From Bacteroidia bacterium (GTDB lineage: Bacteria; Bacteroidota; Bacteroidia; SpSt-205): a DNA stretch of 64,000 nucleotides. The DNA lies in the NCBI GenBank assembly GCA_039630325.1, contig JBCNVG010000014.1:42972-106971 (forward strand), written 5' to 3'. Shown here piece by piece: positions 58,026-64,000 of this stretch (the first letter of the stretch is position 1; each line of letters starts with the position of its first letter). The translations under genes were made by a program, and so were the position numbers. The notes under the pieces were generated by a model that was not told where the DNA came from, did not search any database, and saw only the letters and a list, made by a program, of their open reading frames with translations.

Positions 58026-60341
58026 ATGCTACGGCTTTTAGGGGTGATTGGAGGCCTGGTGTGGGGTCAGCTCTTGAATCGTTCGGGAAAGGATAGTACC
58101 ATTTTTATCTCAGGGCAAGTTTTTCTACCAAACTATCCCATTGCGGCTTGCCGAAATCCTTGGGGTACAGCTGTGGCAGATTTTACTGGAGATGAGTGGG
58201 AGGATGTTCTCACTGCGTGTCGTTCAGAAGGAAAGCTCGCTCTCTACATCAATAATCGCCAAGCAGAGTTCCTCAGAAGCTTTACTTACACTTCTCTCAA
58301 AGATGTGTGGAAGCCTCTGGCAATTGACTTAAATAATGACAAGGCCTTGGATGTGGTGGTGGCCTCATACAGTGAAGGAAAGGTAGGGTGGCATATCAAT
58401 GATCGTCGGGGTAGTCTCCCGTTATCAGGTTCAGTTCCTGTGGGCAAAGGCCCCCATCATTTAGTACAGGCTGACTGGGATGGCGATGGTCAGACCGACA
58501 TTGGGGTGGTATGTCATGATGATGGGACCATGCACCTTTTGAGAAATGTACGAGGGACCCTTCACCCCTATAAAACTCTTCGGACGCCTAACCGTCCGCG
58601 TACAGCAGCGGTAGGGGATCTGGATAAAGATGGGAATCCCGATATAATCGTAGGTGGAGAAGACAACTTTCTTCTCCTCTTCTATGGCAAAAACGGCTAT
58701 GCAGGCGAGGGACAGCGTTTGAATTCGCCCGCATCCATTTGGGCATTAGACGTGGGGGATGTCAATAAGGATGGACGCCCTGATATTGTCATCGGAACTT
58801 ACATTGGCACTTCCATAGCGACCTTTTTCAATGCTGGTTATGGCCGTTGGGAGGAGGCGCGAGTCCAGCCCTCAGGCAACTATAACTTTTCTCTCTATTT
58901 AGGCGACTTTGATAAAGATGGGGATCTGGATGTGGTTACGGTCTCGGCGCGTGATAATGTCATCAACGTTCATCTCAATGACGGTAAGGGCAACTTCTCA
59001 GACAGACATCGTATCGGTACAGGAGAATGGCCTATTTCCTTAAGCCTGGGTGATCTCAATGGTGATGATAACGTGGACTTTATCACGACTTCAGTCCACG
59101 ATCATGCTATCAATATCCATCGCAATATCCCTGTCAATCCACCTAAGCCAGTTATGATAGCCATCAGAGGGCGGCTCATCGATGGAGATACAGGAGAGGA
59201 AATCGCAGGGAATGTTTCCCTTATAGATACGACGGCGTTAGAAAGAGTCGGAGGACGCGAAGAAGCTTTTCAGGTGCAGCGCTACACCCCAGGAAAGCCT
59301 TTCTATTTTGAGGTCACAGGGGGGCGACATGTTATTTTACTCAAAGGTACAGCCCCTGGCTACCCTTCGGTAGAGGAGAGAATAGTCATACCCAAACTTC
59401 AGGACATCCCAGACTCTATCCGGAAAAATGGCATAAACCGAGACTTGATTTTGCGACGCGTACAGCGATTGAAAGTGTTTGGATACGTAACTGACGCCGC
59501 TAAAAATACCCCCATCGCTAATGCCACGGTACGCCTCTCTACTCAAGCTGGGGAAGTAATCGCCGAAATCCCTACAAATGCGAAAGGATACTACGAAACT
59601 CAAGCTCCGCTGGGGCTAAATCATCGGCTGCAAGCGGAAGCACAGGGGTATGAACCAGCTCTGCAAATATTCTCCTTGGGGAGGGAACATTACCCACAGG
59701 GGCTTCGAGTGGACCTTAGTCTCAATGCCGCCGCAGCTTCTAAGACTTGCATAGAAGGATATGTGCTAAATCAAGCCTCCCGGACGCCATTACAAGATGT
59801 AGCAATATTTCTGGTTGACCGCAATGGCACTCGACGACGCATGACCTCCCAAAGTAAGGGATACTTCAAAGGCTGCTTGCCAGCAGGATTCTATTATGTG
59901 GAAGTCATCCATAAAGGCTATTTCCCCTATCGTGACTCTATAGAAATACCAGAAGCAGGGACGAAGCGCGACTTCTTGCTTGCGCCGGTGGAAGCAGAGA
60001 AAGCGATTGTGTTACGCAACATTTATTTTGATTATGATAAGGCAACCCTTCGTCCTGAATCTATAGAGGAGCTTGAACGAGTAGTTCGGTTTTTGAAAGA
60101 AAATCCTTCTCTGCGGGTGGAGATTGCTGGCCACACAGATAGTGACGGCTCTGATACATACAATTTGAGACTTTCCCAAGCACGTGCACAGGCCGTCGTA
60201 GATTATCTCATATCACGGGGAATAGATTCGCATCGTCTAGTAGCGAGGGGCTATGGAGAGAGTCGCCCTATCGCTCCTAATGATACCCCTGAAAATAAGC
60301 AGAAAAATCGTCGTACTGAACTCAAAATTATCGGTCTCTAA
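58026..60341 (+). CDS. FG-GAP/VCBS beta-propeller + carboxypeptidase-regulatory-like repeats + OmpA peptidoglycan-binding protein
   Basis: 7 repeats of D(F/L/W/V)(N/D/T).D...D; 3 G...D/N..T..PI domains; LRNIYFDYDKATL...GHTD..G...YN..LS..RA...GYGE..P..NRRTE. Confidence 0.9.
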   Translation: MLRLLGVIGGLVWGQLLNRSGKDSTIFISGQVFLPNYPIAACRNPWGTAVADFTGDEWEDVLTACRSEGKLALYINNRQAEFLRSFTYTSLKDVWKPLAIDLNNDKALDVVVASYSEGKVGWHINDRRGSLPLSGSVPVGKGPHHLVQADWDGDGQTDIGVVCHDDGTMHLLRNVRGTLHPYKTLRTPNRPRTAAVGDLDKDGNPDIIVGGEDNFLLLFYGKNGYAGEGQRLNSPASIWALDVGDVNKDGRPDIVIGTYIGTSIATFFNAGYGRWEEARVQPSGNYNFSLYLGDFDKDGDLDVVTVSARDNVINVHLNDGKGNFSDRHRIGTGEWPISLSLGDLNGDDNVDFITTSVHDHAINIHRNIPVNPPKPVMIAIRGRLIDGDTGEEIAGNVSLIDTTALERVGGREEAFQVQRYTPGKPFYFEVTGGRHVILLKGTAPGYPSVEERIVIPKLQDIPDSIRKNGINRDLILRRVQRLKVFGYVTDAAKNTPIANATVRLSTQAGEVIAEIPTNAKGYYETQAPLGLNHRLQAEAQGYEPALQIFSLGREHYPQGLRVDLSLNAAAASKTCIEGYVLNQASRTPLQDVAIFLVDRNGTRRRMTSQSKGYFKGCLPAGFYYVEVIHKGYFPYRDSIEIPEAGTKRDFLLAPVEAEKAIVLRNIYFDYDKATLRPESIEELERVVRFLKENPSLRVEIAGHTDSDGSDTYNLRLSQARAQAVVDYLISRGIDSHRLVARGYGESRPIAPNDTPENKQKNRRTELKIIGL

Positions 60342-61292
60342 GTGGAGCTATCTATTGTCATCCCGGCATACAACGAAGCAGAGTCGCTTCCCGAACTCAT
60401 AGAATGGATATATCGGGTGTGCCAGAACCGCTACTCGGCCTACGAGGTGTGGGTGGTAGATGATGGAAGTACCGATGATACCTGGAAGGTTTTGGAGGGT
60501 CTACATCAGCGATATCCTTTTTTGCGAGCTGTGCGTTTCATGCGCAACTACGGTAAATCAGCTGCGCTCCAAGTAGGCTTTCGTAAAGCTCAGGGCAGAG
60601 TAATTATTACGTTGGATGCAGACTTGCAGGATTCACCCGATGAGATTCCCGCTCTGTATGATATGATAGTCCACGAGGGGTATGATTTGGTAAGTGGATG
60701 GAAAAAAAAGCGCCGGGACCCCCTCTCTAAGCGCCTTCCCAGCAAGCTCTTCAACTTAGTGGTACGATTTTTTTCTGGTATACCCCTTCATGACTTCAAT
60801 AGTGGTATCAAAGCCTATCGTTTCGTCGTGGCAAAGTCGATAGAGCTTTACGGAGAAATGCATCGGTATATCCCTTACCTTGCAAAAGCGGCTGGATTTA
60901 GACGAATCGGTGAAAAGGTCGTCACTCACTACCCTCGCAAATACGGCTATAGCAAATTTGGATGGGAACGATTTCTTTATGGGTTTTTGGATCTTCTAAC
61001 CGTTGGCTTTCTATCCAGGTTCGGGCGACGTCCCATGCATTTCTTTGGAGGGTTAGGGGTTTTGGCTTTTGTTGTTGGGGTAGGCATTGTGATATGGCTG
61101 ATTGCTGATAAGCTGTATCAGCTGCGCATGTACGGCAGCGTGCGAAGGGAAGTAGTCCAGCAGCCTCTGTTTTATCTTGGGCTTACTACTCTTTTGATAG
61201 GGGTTCAGCTTTTTTTGGCAGGGTTTCTGGGAGAGCTTATGCTTCGGCAGTCTCCTACCCGTGACAATTACCTCATCGCAGAAGAGCTATGA
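60342..61292 (+). CDS. Glycosyltransferase family 2 (ArnC/DPM1-like polyprenol-phosphate GT)
   Basis: SIVIPAYNE, VDDGSTD, RNYGKSAAL, DADLQDSP, DLVSGWK, HDFNSG.KAY, YGEMHRY; two C-terminal TMs. Confidence 0.93.
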   Translation: MELSIVIPAYNEAESLPELIEWIYRVCQNRYSAYEVWVVDDGSTDDTWKVLEGLHQRYPFLRAVRFMRNYGKSAALQVGFRKAQGRVIITLDADLQDSPDEIPALYDMIVHEGYDLVSGWKKKRRDPLSKRLPSKLFNLVVRFFSGIPLHDFNSGIKAYRFVVAKSIELYGEMHRYIPYLAKAAGFRRIGEKVVTHYPRKYGYSKFGWERFLYGFLDLLTVGFLSRFGRRPMHFFGGLGVLAFVVGVGIVIWLIADKLYQLRMYGSVRREVVQQPLFYLGLTTLLIGVQLFLAGFLGELMLRQSPTRDNYLIAEEL

Positions 61293-63166
61293 ATATTATT
61301 CTATGGGGAATAGTCGGGGTGGGGATAGGTTTGGGCTTTGCAGTGTGGAGCTATTATCGGCTACCGGTTAGGGTTCCTAAGGCTTGGTTGTATGTCCTTG
61401 CGGTCCTGCGTGCGCTGGGTGTAGGAGGACTCTTTTTTCTTCTGGGGGAACCGCTATTGTCACGATTTATCACTCGGGAAGAAAAGCCCTTAATCCTTCT
61501 CCTGGTAGACAATAGTCAGAGCGTATTTTGGCGTCAGACAATCTCGTTTGACGCATATGTGGCGGGAATAAATGCGCTTCGCCAAAAATTAGAAGAAGTC
61601 GGGTTTAGGACTGTGCTCTATGCATTTGATAGTAAGCTGCGACCATGGGATAGCGTGAATGGTGAGGGGAGGGCAACCCATCTTACGATGAGCTTGCGAC
61701 GGGGATTGGAGCAGCATCCTGATGGGGTTGGGGCTATTCTCGTATCTGATGGGCAGGAAAATGGGGAATCAGCCCCTTTACCTAAGGGTATACCTGTTTG
61801 GACGGTCGGTGTCGGTCCGCCGCCAATCGCTGCAGATCCCGCGATCGATGCGATGGAACTGCCACCTTGGGCGGTAGAGGGGCGTTCAGCATCCCTTCAA
61901 GTACGGTTTCGGGGTATCACAGCTCCCGCCAGTCTAATCATTTCCTATCCAGGCGGCCAGCAAAAAATAGCTCTTCCGCCTGGTGCGCAGACTTCTACTC
62001 TCACGCTTCCCCCCCTATCCGCAGGTTTTCATCATCTGCGATTTCTCTTAGAAGCTCCAAATGACCCCAATCCTACTAACAATCAGCGCTCTGCCCTTTT
62101 AGATGTTCAGCCACAGGAGGCGCGCATTTTTCTGTGGGCAGGGGAGATTACTCCGGATATTGCTTTTTTAAGAGCCAGATTAGAGAGATTCGGGCGGGTA
62201 CAAGTGATAGCTGCCCGTAAGCCCACTGGATTTACTGTCAGTCCAGACACTTTGCGATGGGGACCGAGAGACCTCCATGTGCTGTACAACTTTCCTTTAC
62301 GGCCGGAAGATGAAGCTTGGGCAGAGCGTCTATGGCGAGAAAATACATTTCTTCTGATGAGCTGGGGTGCCGTAGATCTGAGAGAATCCTTCCGGCAGAA
62401 CTTAGGCCTCCCATCCGGGGGAGCTTTGAAAGCACATACCGTACCTGGGGGTATTACGCTTTATGTTCGTGTGGGGGAGGCGCTTCCAACTGGGATTCCG
62501 ATAGATCTGGGATGGGGGCACCCCATAGGATATAAACTCTATCGAGGCAATCGCCTCTACACCATACTTTTGGGAGAGGGCTGGTGGCGCCTGCGTGAAG
62601 CTCCTCAAACTGAGGCAGTGTGGGATTCGCTCTTTTTGACGCTTATTCAAGAGGGGTTTCGTTTGCAGCGCACTCAGTGGCTATTTGTCCCTCAGAAAAA
62701 TCCTATTTCCTTGGGCGAGGCAGCTGTTTGGCGTGGCATTCTTCCAGCCAAGGCTGCCTTTATGGTAGGGGAGCGCCCTATACCCATTCGCACACGTCCA
62801 GATGGCCTGTCGGAGGCGATGTGGCTCCCAGATTCAGTTGGAGTTTTCCTTTATCGGGTCATGGATGGGGAAAAATTACTGCTTTCAGGTGCCCTCCTCG
62901 TAGAATCTCAAACTCAGGAGCTTCAAACCCTTGGTATAGACAGTACTTACTTGGCGTTTATCGCAAAGGCTACAGGGGGTCAGTATGTCCCGTGGGGTCA
63001 GTTAACTACATTGGCCGATAGCCTCCGGAAGGTGCTTCCTGCGACAGCCTTTCTAACTTCGCAGCGCTTGACGATACCTTTTCACGAATGGGCGGTATGG
63101 CTGGTGCTTATTCTATCTATCTTCTCCCTCGAGTGGCTTTTGCGGCGATATGTGGGCTTGTACTGA
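61289..63166 (+). CDS. VWA-domain membrane protein (divergent)
   Basis: N-terminal TMs with LR..; LLVDNSQS MIDAS-like; ILVSDG; C-terminal LAFIAKATGG and LSLEWLLRR..GL. Confidence 0.78.
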   Translation: MNIILWGIVGVGIGLGFAVWSYYRLPVRVPKAWLYVLAVLRALGVGGLFFLLGEPLLSRFITREEKPLILLLVDNSQSVFWRQTISFDAYVAGINALRQKLEEVGFRTVLYAFDSKLRPWDSVNGEGRATHLTMSLRRGLEQHPDGVGAILVSDGQENGESAPLPKGIPVWTVGVGPPPIAADPAIDAMELPPWAVEGRSASLQVRFRGITAPASLIISYPGGQQKIALPPGAQTSTLTLPPLSAGFHHLRFLLEAPNDPNPTNNQRSALLDVQPQEARIFLWAGEITPDIAFLRARLERFGRVQVIAARKPTGFTVSPDTLRWGPRDLHVLYNFPLRPEDEAWAERLWRENTFLLMSWGAVDLRESFRQNLGLPSGGALKAHTVPGGITLYVRVGEALPTGIPIDLGWGHPIGYKLYRGNRLYTILLGEGWWRLREAPQTEAVWDSLFLTLIQEGFRLQRTQWLFVPQKNPISLGEAAVWRGILPAKAAFMVGERPIPIRTRPDGLSEAMWLPDSVGVFLYRVMDGEKLLLSGALLVESQTQELQTLGIDSTYLAFIAKATGGQYVPWGQLTTLADSLRKVLPATAFLTSQRLTIPFHEWAVWLVLILSIFSLEWLLRRYVGLY

Positions 63167-64000
63167 TAGCCTGTCAATCGGAAGAAAAGCTTCCCGACAT
63201 CCAACTTTCGGTCTGGCGCGGGGAAATGGCCCTTCGACAAGTAGCTCTCTCCCCAGAAGATTCCGTTCGGTTGCGGCGTTTTTTCTACGACTGCGTCTAT
63301 GAAGGGGACTCTACTGTGCCTGATAGCATTTACCAGTATGATATCATGCAGCTTCGGAAAGATAGCCTCTTTCAGTGGCTGATAGATACGGTGCTTCGCC
63401 GCTATCCCCCGACGCATGACTTTGTCACTCCCTTGAAGCCCCTCTTTAGTCGCTGGAAGGCTTTGTATCCGGAGGATTCGCTACCGCAAGTCGTTACTTT
63501 CGTGACAGGGTATGGGGGGGTGGGGGCTCTCACGATGGAGCGAGATATGTGCCAGTACTGCCAAAGGCATCTCATGATTGGCCTCCACTACTTTCTGACA
63601 GATACGTTTGGATTTTATCCCCCTGACCTTCCCTATTTCATCCGACGCAGACTCACAGAGCCGCATATCCCCGTATTTGTAGCACTACGGTTGATTCGTA
63701 GCAAAATGCCCAATCTAACTCCCCGCCACTTGCCTAAAATGGTAGATTATATGGTGTGGCATGGGATCCAGCTGTATGCCTTGGAGAAATTACTCCCTGA
63801 ACTGCCAGATACTCTCCGGCTTTTCTACACGCAGGGGCATATGGATTGGCTGGCTGAAAATGCTCGGGCGGCTTACGCTGAGCTTTTACCTTACTTACAT
63901 GAAAATCGTTACTTTACCATCCAGCCCTATATTGGAGAGGAGCCTTTTACGAAAGAGTTTGGCAGAGAGTCTCCCCCCCGACTGGGGTGGTATTTCGGGT
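63088..64000 (+). CDS. gldB: Gliding motility lipoprotein GldB-like (partial, runs off window end; not in ORF track)
   Basis: Manual translation: lipobox LIAC; YPEDSLPQVVTFVTGY; MIGLHYFL..FYPPDLPYFIRRR; PKMVDYMVWHG; PFTKEFGRESPPRLGWYFG. Start 63088, 63097 or 63133. Confidence 0.82.
   Translation, partial: MGGMAGAYSIYLLPRVAFAAICGLVLIACQSEEKLPDIQLSVWRGEMALRQVALSPEDSVRLRRFFYDCVYEGDSTVPDSIYQYDIMQLRKDSLFQWLIDTVLRRYPPTHDFVTPLKPLFSRWKALYPEDSLPQVVTFVTGYGGVGALTMERDMCQYCQRHLMIGLHYFLTDTFGFYPPDLPYFIRRRLTEPHIPVFVALRLIRSKMPNLTPRHLPKMVDYMVWHGIQLYALEKLLPELPDTLRLFYTQGHMDWLAENARAAYAELLPYLHENRYFTIQPYIGEEPFTKEFGRESPPRLGWYFG

Noticed and set aside
260-63666. About 100 short alternative-frame or antisense ORFs in the ORF track
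   Set aside because: They lie within confidently assigned genes and show no family motifs; treated as shadow ORFs.
1-64000. CRISPR arrays, tRNA/rRNA, transposases, integrases, prophage, defence systems
   Set aside because: No spaced direct repeats, cloverleaf/T-loop motifs or relevant protein motifs seen; intergenic gaps are nearly all under 190 bp.

Overview
Gene-dense (about 50% GC, many overlapping ORFs) core-chromosome segment of a Bacteroidota bacterium. Supporting signs are TAnnTTTG promoters, T9SS C-terminal domains, a GldB-like lipoprotein, DUF3276 and Gln-after-signal-peptide proteins. It holds about 53 CDS, mostly housekeeping: dapF (partial), mscS, secA, purK, purQ, mutS, corA, coaE, yajC, metF, engB, pyk, pdxJ, msrA, Mrp/NifU and Lpt components. 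There are three T9SS cargo proteins (an M43 protease, PhoD and a ~1940-aa Cys-rich repeat protein) and a 3-gene acyl-CoA carboxylase/hydratase cluster of the AtuC/AccD2 type. I saw no tRNA/rRNA, CRISPR, transposase, phage or defence genes. Most notable observations: (1) a stand-alone, shortened nuoL-M-N module translationally coupled to purQ at the end of a phoD-led operon; (2) at least 12 perfect Bacteroidota -7 promoter boxes only 4-8 nt upstream of start codons, suggesting pervasive leaderless mRNA; (3) a CHASE2 sensor without an output domain, paired with a secreted FecR-like/DUF928-like protein; (4) unusually short signal peptides; (5) a structured intergenic element upstream of secA; (6) nusB absent from its usual syntenic position. 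All family assignments come from motif recognition by eye; no database search was run.
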